Part shown: one piece after another, positions 30,271 to 40,447 of the stretch
How the letters are laid out: each line of letters begins with the position of its first letter
How positions within the stretch are numbered: position 1 is the stretch's first letter
DNA from: Brevundimonas sp.
GTDB lineage: Bacteria; Pseudomonadota; Alphaproteobacteria; Caulobacterales; Caulobacteraceae
Assembly (NCBI RefSeq): GCF_016463485.1
Contig: NZ_JAEMRD010000001.1
Coordinates: 29,560 to 93,559, forward strand
Length of the DNA stretch: 64,000 nt
Direction: 5' to 3'
The notes under the pieces: generated by a model
What the model saw: only the letters and a program-made list of their open reading frames with translations
What the model was told of the DNA's origin: nothing
The model's database searches: none
Program-made: the position numbers and the translations under genes

Positions 30271-31392
30271 TTAGACGTCGATCCAGGCCCGAGCCGCGTG
30301 CGATGCGTAGAGGGCGTCGATCAGGCGCTGGATTTCGGCGGCGCGGGCAAAATTCGGCATGGCTTGACCGGTTCCTCGGATTTCGGCGACGACGCTTTCG
30401 AAGACGCGCGCGAGCGATAGTGTCTGGCCACCGTTCATCATGTCGGCGGCGGACGGTTCGACGCGGCGGCCCGCGACGCTCAAAAGCCGATCGGGCACGA
30501 TCACCTCGGAGCCGGTCGGAACCATGCTGATCGGTCCGGTCGAGGCGTAGAGCTTGGCCGTGGAGACGCTGGGATAGAGCAGGGCGTCCAGTTTCAGCCT
30601 GCCCTTGCTGCCGAACACATCCAGGGTGAAGCCGGGGCTGTCGGCGGCGGTCCAGGAGGTTCGCATCGACCCCATGGCTCCATTGGCGAAGCCGAGCAGG
30701 GCGTGGCAGGTGTCGTCGGTTTCGGCGGCCCGAGGGCCCTCGCCCGGGATGTTCCAGGACTTGAGCTGTGTCTCCATCCGCGCGACGACGGAGCTGATGG
30801 GGCCGTTCAGATAACGGAGTGCATGCAGGATATGGGAGCCGTGATTGCGGGTCACGCTGACGCCCAGACCCGCCTTCCCGAACCACAGATAGGGGAAGCC
30901 CGGCATGATCTCCAGGAAGAAGGACAGCTGGAAGGCGGCGTCGATCTGGAAGACCTCGCCGATCTCACCGGCCTCGATCATTTCCTTCATCAGGGCAAGA
31001 TGGGGAAGCCCCGCCAGGCTGGAGGCGGCACCACCGACCACGCCGGCGTCCTGTTGCAGCGCGGCGAGGCGATCCGCGGCCTTGCCGGAGGTTGCGAACG
31101 GCATGTTGTTGACGACGTGCTTGCCGGCGCGGATGGCGGCCGCGACCATGGACTCGCGCAGGATGGGGCTGCTGCCGACATCGATGATGTCGATGTCGGG
31201 GTCGGCGCACATCGCCTCGAAATCCCAGAATGGCCGCGCGATCCCGTGTTGCGCGACCGCGGCCTCGGCCGTCTCCTGGCGGGAGGTGCACATGGCGGTG
31301 ACCTCGACGTCCGGGATCAGTCGCCACGCCGGCAAATGTCCCATGGCTCCCCATTTGGCGCTGATGATTCCGACTCTTAGGGGCCTTGTCAT
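30271..31392 (-). CDS. Gfo/Idh/MocA-family NAD(P) oxidoreductase
   Basis: Start taken at the ATG at 31392 (MTRPLRVGIIS); 31410 is also possible. N-terminal Rossmann region and C-terminal alpha/beta domain. Confidence 0.75.
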   Translation of the reverse strand: MTRPLRVGIISAKWGAMGHLPAWRLIPDVEVTAMCTSRQETAEAAVAQHGIARPFWDFEAMCADPDIDIIDVGSSPILRESMVAAAIRAGKHVVNNMPFATSGKAADRLAALQQDAGVVGGAASSLAGLPHLALMKEMIEAGEIGEVFQIDAAFQLSFFLEIMPGFPYLWFGKAGLGVSVTRNHGSHILHALRYLNGPISSVVARMETQLKSWNIPGEGPRAAETDDTCHALLGFANGAMGSMRTSWTAADSPGFTLDVFGSKGRLKLDALLYPSVSTAKLYASTGPISMVPTGSEVIVPDRLLSVAGRRVEPSAADMMNGGQTLSLARVFESVVAEIRGTGQAMPNFARAAEIQRLIDALYASHAARAWIDV

Positions 31393-31455
31393 GTGCGCTT
31401 CGCGTTCCATGGTCTTGTTTACGAAAGGCTTTGGCTAACCGCTGCCGTCGTGGTG

Positions 31456-31875
31456 CTAGCCGATCGCGACGATATCGACATGCAGCCGTGTCAGTTTTGA
31501 CGCCGAGATCTTCCAGACCCCGTCCAGACGCCGAAACCGGTCGCGATAATGGCCGAAGCCCGAGAGAGAGGGACCCTGCGGTCCGAAGACGACCCGATCC
31601 TGCATGGCCCAGATGCCCTCGGCGGTGTCTCCGTTGATAGTGATCTCGGGAAAATGGACCTGATGGACAGTGATCGCGGGCACGACGAAGGACATGGCCA
31701 TTTCGAGGGCTTCCGTCCGGCCCTTGATCGGCGGCGGTCCGCCGGCCTCCGAAACATCCAGCTCGTAGTCTTCGGTGAACAGTTCGCGCCACGCGTCCCA
31801 CTGTTTGGTGTCCATGAAGCGGCAGTACCGCGCCTTGACCTCGCAGATGGCGATCCAGTCCTGAATGTCGGTCAT
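31456..31875 (-). CDS. NTF2-like protein (SnoaL_4-like)
   Basis: 139 aa. IAICEVKARYCRFMDTKQWDAWRELFTED is typical of SnoaL_4/NTF2 proteins. Confidence 0.7.
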   Translation of the reverse strand: MTDIQDWIAICEVKARYCRFMDTKQWDAWRELFTEDYELDVSEAGGPPPIKGRTEALEMAMSFVVPAITVHQVHFPEITINGDTAEGIWAMQDRVVFGPQGPSLSGFGHYRDRFRRLDGVWKISASKLTRLHVDIVAIG

Positions 31876-32140
31876 CGTCGTGCTCGCATGGTTGCTGGTT
31901 GATCGCGACCTTGCCTATCGAGTTGAAAGGCGGCGTCGAGCGCTGGCCTGCTCGATCGTCGGCCCACCATGCGGGGGCGCCGGAAGTTCTGTCAGCAGCG
32001 CACTTGCCTCTCGGCGCGTGTATCGCCGGGGCGAACTTTACTCCTCGGCGATGTTTTAAAGGCTGCGTCGGCCATACGGTGGAGCCGGTAGGATTTTTGG
32101 CCGGGTTCTGCCGAAAGATCCGGTTCAACAGGAGACAAGA

Positions 32141-32440
32141 ATGGCGATCGACGGCGTGTATGAAGTCACCGTGAAGTCACCGATGGGCGACCAGAAGGCG
32201 GTCCTGACGGTCAGGACCGACGGCGTGACCTGGACCGGTTCCCAGGCCGGACAGATGGGAACCAATGAGATCACGGACGGAACGATCGAGGGCGACACGA
32301 TCCGGTGGGTGACCAAGATGACGTCACCGATGCCGATGACCCTGGAGAACGAGGCCACGATCGATGGCGACGCCATTGCAGGCTCGGTGAAAGCGGGCGC
32401 CTTTGGCACATTCCCACTTTCAGGAACGAGAACCGGCTAA
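32141..32440 (+). CDS. Small hypothetical protein (99 aa, beta-rich)
   Basis: ATG 7 nt after AGGAGA. No motif recognised. Internal repeat-like G(T)xxG/DGxI pattern. Confidence 0.5.
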   Translation: MAIDGVYEVTVKSPMGDQKAVLTVRTDGVTWTGSQAGQMGTNEITDGTIEGDTIRWVTKMTSPMPMTLENEATIDGDAIAGSVKAGAFGTFPLSGTRTG

Positions 32441-32448
32441 ACGGGGAG

Positions 32449-33243
32449 TCAGTCGGAGAGGATCATGCGGATCGTGTTTGCGGCGCGCGCCAGGGCGGCT
32501 TCATGCCCTTCGGCCGCGATCCGCGGGCCGATGATCTCCATATCGAACCATCCATTGAACCCTGCGGCCACGATTTGAGGCAAGAGCCGGCCCAAGGGGA
32601 TCCCGCCATCGCCCGGCACAGCGCGACAGGGCAGGGCGCGGTCGCCCATCACGTAGTCGCTGACCTGGACGACGGCGCACAGGGGAGCAGCGGCGCGAAG
32701 GGCGGCGTCGATATCCGCATCCATCCAGCAGGCGAAAAGGTCGATGCCCAGATGAATGCCGGCCTGTCTTGCCAGTGAGACCGTGTCCGCCAATCGATGG
32801 GCGATCGAGACGTCGGCGTAGAGATGCGATGTGGGTTCGATCGCCAGGCTGATCCCGACCTCGCGAGCACTCTCGGCGCAGGGCGCGATGGCCTGGGCGA
32901 ACATTTGGGCAGCGTCGGGCCAGTTCAGGTGTTCGCGCCCCCCCGTCGTCATGGTGATGGAATCGGCTTGGATCTCTTGTGCGAGACGCAGGGTTGCTAG
33001 CAGCCGCTCCCGACCGGCCTTTGCCAAGTCCGGTGTGGCGTAGGCAAAGGCCCGGTGGGTGAAGGTGGCTATGGATAGTCCCACGTCGTCAAGCAGTCGG
33101 CGGGCCCGCGTGGAGCCGAACTCCGTGACTTCCTCGAGCGTCGGGCTGATCGCGGTCAGGCCCAGCCGGACGACCTGATCGACATGGACGTCGAAAGGAG
33201 CGGGCGCGAGGCTGAGCGTGTTAACCGAGATCATAGGGTGCAT
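32449..33243 (-). CDS. Xylose-isomerase-like TIM-barrel protein (sugar phosphate isomerase/epimerase family)
   Basis: Trimmed to the ATG at 33243, 7 nt after GGAG. 264 aa with general family resemblance only. Confidence 0.6.
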   Translation of the reverse strand: MHPMISVNTLSLAPAPFDVHVDQVVRLGLTAISPTLEEVTEFGSTRARRLLDDVGLSIATFTHRAFAYATPDLAKAGRERLLATLRLAQEIQADSITMTTGGREHLNWPDAAQMFAQAIAPCAESAREVGISLAIEPTSHLYADVSIAHRLADTVSLARQAGIHLGIDLFACWMDADIDAALRAAAPLCAVVQVSDYVMGDRALPCRAVPGDGGIPLGRLLPQIVAAGFNGWFDMEIIGPRIAAEGHEAALARAANTIRMILSD

Positions 33244-33320
33244 CGCAAGCTCCAACGGAGCTTGGTTCTTGCCAATGCATCGAGGGCGTTGCAATCGATG
33301 ATCTGCGTGAGGGAAATGTC

Positions 33321-34367
33321 ATGACGAAGTCTGTTCGCTGGACCCGGCGGCCCGAGGGCTCGAACTGGGGCGATTTCGGTCCGGACGACCAGCTTGGTCG
33401 ACTGAATCTGATCACGCCGGAGCGTCGGCGAGCGGCCGCCCAGGAGGTCCGCGAAGGCTTGGCGTTCTGTCTGTCCTTGCCACTCGACTGTCCGCGACAC
33501 GTGGAACTGCATCCTCGCCGAAAGCCGCCCGAGTTGGGGTTTTTCCTGCGAGGCGAGGATCCGACGCTGAACTATCCGATGTCCCGCGTGAACCCCGATC
33601 AGGACGACGTGGTCTGTGACGACAAGGCGCTGATCAGCCTTCAGTTCTCGACCCAGTGGGACAGTCTGTGCCACATCGGCGCGTTGCATGACGCCCATGG
33701 CGACGGACGCCGCGAAGCGACCTACTACAACGGCTTTCGGGCCAACGATCACATCCATGGACCCGTCGATTATCTCCGGGATCGGCGGCCCTTCGACGGC
33801 CCCTATGGCGCAGGGGCCCTGGGTATTGAAACCCTGGCCGAAACCGCCTTGCAGGCGCGCGGGGTCATGGTCGATCTGTTCAGCCATGTCGGCCTGGAGC
33901 GAGTTGCGGTGGGCTATGACCCGCTAATGCGCATACTCGAGGCGGACCGGACCTCGGTCGAGGCCGGAGATGTTCTATGCCTGCGGACGGGTTTCGATCG
34001 CGCGCTTCTGGGACGCTACAACGATCCGTCCGCGCCCTTCGATCAGCATCGGTGTTCGGGGTTGGATGGGGCGGACGAGCGGTTGCAGCGCTGGATCGAT
34101 GACAGCGGCCTCGTCGCCATCCTGTCGGACAATGAGGCGGTGGAGCTTTTGCCGCCCTCCAGTGTGCCGCACGGCCACGGCACGCATATCCCCCTGCATC
34201 ACCTGTGCCTGTTCAAGCTTGGCATTCCATTGGGCGAACTGTTCCTGCTGTCCGACCTGGCCGACTGGCTCCGGGCCCACGGCCGGTCACGCTTTTTGCT
34301 GACCGCGCCGCCGCTTCGCTTACCCGGGGCGGTGGGATCTCCCGTGACCGGTGTCGGGACGGTCTGA
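33321..34367 (+). CDS. Cyclase-family protein (kynurenine-formamidase-like fold), function unknown
   Basis: ATG after GAGGGA. STQWDSLCH resembles the family GTHxDxxxH motif but with Gln in place of the first His. The family call is tentative. Confidence 0.5.
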   Translation: MTKSVRWTRRPEGSNWGDFGPDDQLGRLNLITPERRRAAAQEVREGLAFCLSLPLDCPRHVELHPRRKPPELGFFLRGEDPTLNYPMSRVNPDQDDVVCDDKALISLQFSTQWDSLCHIGALHDAHGDGRREATYYNGFRANDHIHGPVDYLRDRRPFDGPYGAGALGIETLAETALQARGVMVDLFSHVGLERVAVGYDPLMRILEADRTSVEAGDVLCLRTGFDRALLGRYNDPSAPFDQHRCSGLDGADERLQRWIDDSGLVAILSDNEAVELLPPSSVPHGHGTHIPLHHLCLFKLGIPLGELFLLSDLADWLRAHGRSRFLLTAPPLRLPGAVGSPVTGVGTV

Positions 34368-34370
34368 GGT

Positions 34371-34706
34371 TCAGCCGATCGAGGCGGTGGGGCGGCCCAC
34401 GATCGTCAGCATTCCATCCTTTGTCATCGCGTCGCTGAGCGGCATGATTTCGGTTCCAGAGGCCTCTCGGATGGCTGCGAGCGTGATTTCGGGATCGTCT
34501 GTCTCAAGCTCATAAATGGCCATGGATCGCCACGCCGGCGGCTCCCAGTCCTTTGTCTTGATCCGTTCGATGTTGAATCGCCGCGCGCTGACAACGCCCG
34601 GCATTCTGGCCACGTCCGGCATATGCACGGTGTCGTACCAGTGATCGAACTCCTGCTCTCGCCCCGGTGTTGGACAGATGAAGGCCACGTAGGTGTACTG
34701 GCCCAT
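34371..34706 (-). CDS. Single-domain EthD/dimeric alpha-beta-barrel-like protein
   Basis: 111 aa. CPTPGREQEFDHWYDTVH...PGVVSARRF, a motif shared with the proteins at 15479 and 61868. Last gene of the long minus-strand operon. Confidence 0.55.
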   Translation of the reverse strand: MGQYTYVAFICPTPGREQEFDHWYDTVHMPDVARMPGVVSARRFNIERIKTKDWEPPAWRSMAIYELETDDPEITLAAIREASGTEIMPLSDAMTKDGMLTIVGRPTASIG

Positions 34707-34707
34707 T

Positions 34708-35376
34708 TCAGCCGGCCAGCGACAGAGGAATGGCGGCTCCGGTCACCGCGCCGGATTCGCGAGACAGCAGGAAGGCTATGACCCGCGCCGCCGCCTCCGG
34801 CCTGACCCAGGCCGACGTATCGGCGTCGGGCATGTCGGCGCGGTTCGTCGGTGTGTCAATGATGGTCGGAAGGACCGCATTCACACGGATGCCCCTGCCC
34901 TTGAGTTCTTCGGCGAGGCTTTCGGTCAGGGCGTGAACGCCGGTTTTGGACGCGGCATAGGCGGCGAACCCTGTGCCAGGCCGGACGGCCCCGGCAGCAC
35001 CCACGTTGACGATCGCCGATCCCTCCACAAGCAGCGGAATCGCCGCGCGACACGAGGCGGCTGCCGTGCGCAGGTTCATGCGATACATCCGGTCGAAGCT
35101 GTCCAGCGAGCCGTCCGCCACGGTCTCCCATACGAAACCCCCGGCGATGTTGACGACGCCGCCGATCGCTCCGAGGTCGCTGACCACATTTCGATAGGCC
35201 TCGGCGACTACGTGTTCTTCGGCCAGATCGACGCCGCCCAGGGTCAGTTTGGCTAGGGATTCCGTCGGGACGGGAGCCATATCGACGGCGGCGACCTGAT
35301 GCCCGGCATCAGCCAGATGGCGGACAACGGCGCGACCCAGAGCCCCGAAGCCTCCCGTGACGACAATGACGGCCAT
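34708..35376 (-). CDS. NAD(P)-binding SDR-like oxidoreductase
   Basis: 222 aa. VVTGGFGALGRAV and YAASKTGV (YxxxK). Its start overlaps the BVMO stop by 1 nt. Confidence 0.8.
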   Translation of the reverse strand: MAVIVVTGGFGALGRAVVRHLADAGHQVAAVDMAPVPTESLAKLTLGGVDLAEEHVVAEAYRNVVSDLGAIGGVVNIAGGFVWETVADGSLDSFDRMYRMNLRTAAASCRAAIPLLVEGSAIVNVGAAGAVRPGTGFAAYAASKTGVHALTESLAEELKGRGIRVNAVLPTIIDTPTNRADMPDADTSAWVRPEAAARVIAFLLSRESGAVTGAAIPLSLAG

Positions 35377-37367
35377 CAGGCGACGCCTCCAGTGGCTAGG
35401 CTGTCGATAAGAGCCGACACGCGCGTGGTGATGAACTCATGCGGGTCCGGTGTCCGGGTCCATTCCCAGTAGTCGATCAACGGCCAGGGCGAATTTGCGA
35501 TGACCTTTCCGGCGGCGTTCTTGTACCAGCTTCCCGCGCTGTCGTGGGACCAGGTGAACCGGGACAGCGCCGCGTCCATCCGAGTGCAATAGTCCGCAAA
35601 CACCGTCGGCTTGAGTTCGATCGCGTCGATGTCATCCTGAACCATCCATTTCAGGGCGTTGGCGATGTATCGCGCCTGGCATTCGGAGTTGAAGAACAGG
35701 TTGCCATTGAAACCCAGATTGGTGCCCGGTCCGTACATCAGGAAAAGGTTGGGAAACTCGGGCACGGTGATACCGAGATGGGCGCGTGGCGTGTCGTCCC
35801 AGAATCGGTCGATTCTCTCTCCGGTTCGACCCACGATCTCCATCGGGGCCAGATACTCGAGCGCCTTGAACCCGGTGGCATAGACGACGATGTCTGCGTC
35901 GTGATGGACCCCCTTGCCATCGATGATTCCGGTCTCGTCAAAACGCACGGCACCATCCGTGCACAGGGTGACATTCTGACGCTGAAAGGCGCGGAAATAG
36001 CCGCCGTCTCCCAGATTGGGTCGCTTCACATAGGGTGGGTAGGTCGGGATTAGCTTCGCCTGCAGTTCCGGATCGTCGCCGATGGCGGCCTTCATACCTT
36101 GGGTCAACCGCGCGCGCGCCGCGTCATTGGCGGCGCTGACGGCCTGGGGCCCACCGGTCCATGCCGGATCGATAACCATGTGATCTGGCGAGCCGTCCAG
36201 CGCCCAGTTGTACATGATCGCCCGGGTCCAGCGCGCAAAGCCTGGTAGGGTATTCATCGCCCACTGCTCGGCGTCCGAGACCTTGCGACGGTACTCGGGG
36301 TGGACCAGAACCCAGGTCGGGGAGCGTTGAAAGACGGTGAGGTGGGCCGCCTGCTCTGCCAGTTCGGGCACGATCTGCAAGGCCGTCGCGGCCGAACCGA
36401 TGACGATCACCCTCTTGCCTTTGGCCGACAGGTCTTCCGTCCACTTCGATGTGTGGACGCGAACGCCTTTGAAGCTATCCTGGCCTTCTATGTCCGGGAT
36501 CAGGGGGCGGTTGAGCTGCCCGACGGCACTGACCAGTGCGGCGACACGAACCTGTTCCTCACCCCCGGCCGAGCGCAACGCCACGTTCCAATGCGCGGAC
36601 CCGTCATCGTAGACGGCGCGCAGAACCTCGGTCTCGTAGCGGATGTGCGGCGTGAGCCCCAAGCGGTCAGCCAAGTCCGCGAAATAGGATCGCAGCACCG
36701 GCCACGGTGAGAAGAGTTCGGGCCAGGTCTGGTCGCGCACGAAGGAAAAGGAATAACAGTGGCTGGGCACATCCACGCGCGCGCCGGGAAAGCGGTTCTC
36801 GAACCATGTGCCGCCAGGGCCGCTGTTCTTCTCGACGATGGTAAAGGGAATGCCAGCCTCTTTGAGCCGATAGCCCATCACCAGACCGGAAAGCCCGGCC
36901 CCGACGATCAGAACGGATTTGGCGTTCACTGCCGTCTCTTTGACGGGCCTGTCCCAATGGAAGGCGCGTGCATCACCGCCGAAGCCCAGCTCTTCGGAAA
37001 TCAGGGGCTCGTAGCGTGGATCGAGCGCCTTTCCTGTAAGGGCTGCGATCATCTCGCGCAGTTGAAACGTGTCTGGAAGATGAGGGGCGGGGCATCCCGC
37101 GTCACGCCATGCCTTGATCGCCTGGGCCGCCTTGGCGCGCAGTTCGACCTGGAGGTCGGCGGGGACACTGCCCGACAGGTCGGTGGAATACTGGGGTCTC
37201 AGGGTCGGTCCTGCGGCGCGCAGAATTTCGGTGCTGCCTGTCAGGTGGACGACTGACATCAGAAGCGGCAACAGGCCGAGATCGCCGACCGCCGCATCGA
37301 TCTCGTCATCGCTCGCCGTCAGCGGGGCGACGTCTGAGAGACCAGGAACAGCGAAGGTCGCGCTCAC
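35376..37367 (-). CDS. Baeyer-Villiger monooxygenase with N-terminal extension (HAPMO-like)
   Basis: The 836-aa ORF was trimmed to the GTG at 37367, which forms a GTGA overlap with the upstream stop (663 aa). VGAGLSGL FAD motif, fingerprint FKGVRVHTSKW, GGTWFENRFPGARVD. Confidence 0.85.
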   Translation of the reverse strand: MSATFAVPGLSDVAPLTASDDEIDAAVGDLGLLPLLMSVVHLTGSTEILRAAGPTLRPQYSTDLSGSVPADLQVELRAKAAQAIKAWRDAGCPAPHLPDTFQLREMIAALTGKALDPRYEPLISEELGFGGDARAFHWDRPVKETAVNAKSVLIVGAGLSGLVMGYRLKEAGIPFTIVEKNSGPGGTWFENRFPGARVDVPSHCYSFSFVRDQTWPELFSPWPVLRSYFADLADRLGLTPHIRYETEVLRAVYDDGSAHWNVALRSAGGEEQVRVAALVSAVGQLNRPLIPDIEGQDSFKGVRVHTSKWTEDLSAKGKRVIVIGSAATALQIVPELAEQAAHLTVFQRSPTWVLVHPEYRRKVSDAEQWAMNTLPGFARWTRAIMYNWALDGSPDHMVIDPAWTGGPQAVSAANDAARARLTQGMKAAIGDDPELQAKLIPTYPPYVKRPNLGDGGYFRAFQRQNVTLCTDGAVRFDETGIIDGKGVHHDADIVVYATGFKALEYLAPMEIVGRTGERIDRFWDDTPRAHLGITVPEFPNLFLMYGPGTNLGFNGNLFFNSECQARYIANALKWMVQDDIDAIELKPTVFADYCTRMDAALSRFTWSHDSAGSWYKNAAGKVIANSPWPLIDYWEWTRTPDPHEFITTRVSALIDSLATGGVA

Positions 37368-38395
37368 GCTGGCACCCGACTGGCAAAGGTCATATCGGGT
37401 CCTGTCGGCCGGGTGTTCAAACGCTCGATCACGGTCGCCCGATGATCGAAGGCCGTACCCCAGGCATAGCGTAACGCCAGGGTACGCTTGAGGAAGAAAT
37501 GGACGTCGGCTTCGCGGGTCATTCCCATGGCACCATAGATCTGGACCGCCGTTCGGGTGGCGAGATCGGCCGCGTCGCCGGCGGCGATCTTGGCATGGGC
37601 GACGCGGGCGCGGGAGGCGAAAGTGTCGAGGGGGAGCTCGGCAGCAGCGGCGTGAACGACGGGGCGGGCGAACTCGATCTTGACCTGAGCCGAGGCGATC
37701 AGATGTTTGACCGCCTGGTAGCTGCCGATCGGCTTTCCGAACTGAGTCCGGTCCTTGGCGTAGGCGACGGCGAGGTCGATGGCGCGCTGGCCAAGACCGA
37801 TTAACTGGGCTGCGGTGAACAGAGCGCCGCGATCGGCGGTCTGACCCCAGTCGGACCCGACCATGGTTTCTGGCGACGGGCTCCAATCGACAGTGAACAG
37901 CCGACGGAAGGTATCGACACTATGCCGGAGCGTCAGTGAAACCTGTTCTCGTTCTACCAGATGGAGCTCCGCGCCATGAGGGAGGACGAAGGCACCGGCC
38001 GTATCCGCGTCGGCGACGAACGGATTTGCCGGATGGCCGACGGCGACGACCTCGCCCCTGATCACACGCTCGATCCAGCCGCGATCGTCGGCAAGCGAAG
38101 CTAGCAACGGGACGACAATCCCGGCTTGTTCGACCAGAGGCTCGGGCAGGCCTACATAGCCCGCAGCCTCTGCAATGCCGACCAAGTCGACCGGTGCGAG
38201 CTCGAGACCGCCAGCGTCCTCGGGGGCGAGCATCGCTACCAATCCCATGTCCCGGATAGCGTTCCAACGCGCCTCATCCCAGGCTTCGTTCCGCTCCAGA
38301 AGATGGCGCAGGTCGGCGGGGGTGCAGGTCTCGACCAGCATGACCCGCGCGGCGTCGGTCATGGCGAGCTGATCTTCGTCGAAGGCGAACTGCAT
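37364..38395 (-). CDS. Acyl-CoA dehydrogenase-like, small subunit-type
   Basis: Trimmed to the ATG at 38395 (MQFAFDEDQL), 343 aa. C-terminal VQIYGAMGMTREADVHFF. Paralog of the gene at 17365..18351. Confidence 0.8.
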   Translation of the reverse strand: MQFAFDEDQLAMTDAARVMLVETCTPADLRHLLERNEAWDEARWNAIRDMGLVAMLAPEDAGGLELAPVDLVGIAEAAGYVGLPEPLVEQAGIVVPLLASLADDRGWIERVIRGEVVAVGHPANPFVADADTAGAFVLPHGAELHLVEREQVSLTLRHSVDTFRRLFTVDWSPSPETMVGSDWGQTADRGALFTAAQLIGLGQRAIDLAVAYAKDRTQFGKPIGSYQAVKHLIASAQVKIEFARPVVHAAAAELPLDTFASRARVAHAKIAAGDAADLATRTAVQIYGAMGMTREADVHFFLKRTLALRYAWGTAFDHRATVIERLNTRPTGPDMTFASRVPA

Positions 38396-38399
38396 CGGC

Positions 38400-39557
38400 T
38401 CAGGCCCTCGGCAGGCCGAGCATCCGCTCGGCGATGATGTTGCGCTGGATCTCGTTCGATCCGGCGTAGATCGGACCCGCGAGGGCGAAGATATAGTCCT
38501 CCAGCCAGTCGACTGCCGTCGTGCCCAGGTCTGGCGGCGCCAACTCGGCCCGGCCACCCAGAATGTCGAGCGCGGTCTGGTGCAGGGCGATATCCATTTC
38601 GGACCAGAAGACCTTGTTTGTCGAGGACTCCGGCCCGATCGATCCGCCCGCCGTCAGGCGCGACGCGGTCGAATAGATCGACAGGGCATAGGCGTCGGCA
38701 TCCATCCAGCTCTGGGCCACGCGCTCGGCAACCGAGGCCGGGAGCGAGTTCTTGTTGTTTTCGTACAGTGTCAGCAGGTTGGACGCCGCGACTTGATAAC
38801 GGGCGGGCGAGCGTAGCATCAGCCCGCGCTCGAACCCTGCGGTGGCCATGCAGACGTGCCAGCCCTGGCCTTCGTCGCCCAAGCGATCGGCAACCGGCAC
38901 CCGGACATTGTCCAGGAAGAGTTCGGCGAACACCATCTTGCCGTCCATCCGCTGAATGGGACGACGTGTCACGCCGGGCGCATCAAGCGGAAACAGGATC
39001 AGGCTCATGCCCTTGTGCCGCTCGCTGCCCGGTTCGCGGAACAGGCCGAAGGCCCAGTCGGCGAAGACGGCGCGGCTGGACCAGGTCTTCTGCCCGTTGA
39101 GGATGTAATGGTCGCCGTCACGGGTCGCGGTGGCGCGAACGCCGGCAAGATCGCTGCCTGCGCCGGGCTCGGACCAGGCCTGGGCCCAGATGTCGTCCCC
39201 TGCGGCCATGCGCGGCAGGAACCGCGCCTTCTGATCCTCGGTGCCGAACTCCATCATGGTGGGGCCGAGCAGGAAGATGCCGTTCTGGTTGACACGCGTC
39301 GGAGCCTTGGCGCGGTAGTACTCTTCCTCGAAGATCAGCCAGCGGATCAGGTCCAGAGCACGGCCGCCGTAGGCCTCGGGCCAGGTGACCATACCCCAGC
39401 GCCCTTCGCTGAGCTTGCGCTCCCAGTCGCGGTGGGCTTCGAACCCTTCGCGCGTCAGGTCGAAGGAGGGGAGGGGCCCGGACGGGACGTTGGCCTCCAT
39501 CCAGGCGCGGACCTCGGCGCGGAACGCGTCCTGTTCAGGGGTGTACTCGAGCTTCAC
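38400..39557 (-). CDS. Acyl-CoA dehydrogenase, large subunit-type
   Basis: 385 aa. WSEPGAGSD and C-terminal YAGSNEIQRNI. Paralog of the gene at 16183..17361. Confidence 0.9.
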   Translation of the reverse strand: MKLEYTPEQDAFRAEVRAWMEANVPSGPLPSFDLTREGFEAHRDWERKLSEGRWGMVTWPEAYGGRALDLIRWLIFEEEYYRAKAPTRVNQNGIFLLGPTMMEFGTEDQKARFLPRMAAGDDIWAQAWSEPGAGSDLAGVRATATRDGDHYILNGQKTWSSRAVFADWAFGLFREPGSERHKGMSLILFPLDAPGVTRRPIQRMDGKMVFAELFLDNVRVPVADRLGDEGQGWHVCMATAGFERGLMLRSPARYQVAASNLLTLYENNKNSLPASVAERVAQSWMDADAYALSIYSTASRLTAGGSIGPESSTNKVFWSEMDIALHQTALDILGGRAELAPPDLGTTAVDWLEDYIFALAGPIYAGSNEIQRNIIAERMLGLPRA

Positions 39558-40447
39558 TCGCCGGCCTGCTTCTTGTTGGCCGAGGCCATGGATTTCGCGT
39601 CCAGCCCGCCCAGGCTGTTGTCGGACGTCAAGTCGTTCTGGGCGTGGGCGAAATGGTGCATATGGAACACCGCCTCCATGGCTGTTCTCTTGCCGCGCAG
39701 TTCCTCGACATGGTTGACGGCCTGTTTGGTCAGCCAGGCGCCGAGGCGAGGCTGGGCGGCCAGCTTGGCGGCGACGGCGGCGGTTTCCTCGCGGAGTTTG
39801 TCGCGCGGCACGATCCGGTTGACCATGCCGAACTGTTCGGCCCGCTGAGCTGTCATCCGCTCACCGAGCAGCAGGAACTCCTTGGCGATGCGGGGGGGCA
39901 GCTCGAAGGCATGGGCGAAATACTCGACGCCCGGGATGCCCATGCGGACGACCGGATCCTGGAAGAAGGCGTCGTCCGAGGCGATGATCAGGTCGCAGAC
40001 CCAGGCCAGCATCAGACCTCCGGCGATACAGGCCCCCTGAACCATGGCCACGGTCGGCTTTGGGGCTTCGCGCCAGCGTCGGCACATCCCCAGATACTGT
40101 TCCTGCTCACGGGTGTAGAGCAGTTCGGCGGCCGGCCGGTTGACGTGGCGGCCGAACATGAGGCGGCGATCGAAATCCTTGTGCAGGTCGCGACCCGGCG
40201 TGCCGATATCGTGCCCGGCCGAGAAATGCTTGCCCTGTCCCGCCAGGACAATACAGCGGACGTCGTCGTCGTTCACGGCGCGCTGGAAGGCGTCATCCAG
40301 CGCATAGGTCATCTGACCGTTCTGGGCGTTGTTGAAACCGGGACGGTTCATCGTGATCCAGGCGACGCCGTCCTCGACGGCGTAGAGGATGGGCTCCTCG
40401 GTCTCGTAGACGATCTCGGTCGCCTTAGGCTCCACCAGATCGGTCAT
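39554..40447 (-). CDS. Enoyl-CoA hydratase (crotonase fold)
   Basis: Trimmed to the ATG at 40447 (ATGA overlap). MNRPGFNNAQ, FSAGHDIG, QGACIAGGLML. Paralog of the gene at 12973..13833. Confidence 0.9.
   Translation of the reverse strand: MTDLVEPKATEIVYETEEPILYAVEDGVAWITMNRPGFNNAQNGQMTYALDDAFQRAVNDDDVRCIVLAGQGKHFSAGHDIGTPGRDLHKDFDRRLMFGRHVNRPAAELLYTREQEQYLGMCRRWREAPKPTVAMVQGACIAGGLMLAWVCDLIIASDDAFFQDPVVRMGIPGVEYFAHAFELPPRIAKEFLLLGERMTAQRAEQFGMVNRIVPRDKLREETAAVAAKLAAQPRLGAWLTKQAVNHVEELRGKRTAMEAVFHMHHFAHAQNDLTSDNSLGGLDAKSMASANKKQAGE

Noticed and set aside
35376-37886. 836-aa ORF suggesting an even longer BVMO
   Set aside because: The first 173 residues overlap the C-terminal coding region of the ACAD-like gene (37364..38395) in another frame and are Arg/Pro-rich. 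A GTG at 37367 forms a GTGA overlap with the upstream stop and gives a length (663 aa) matching the paralog (661 aa).
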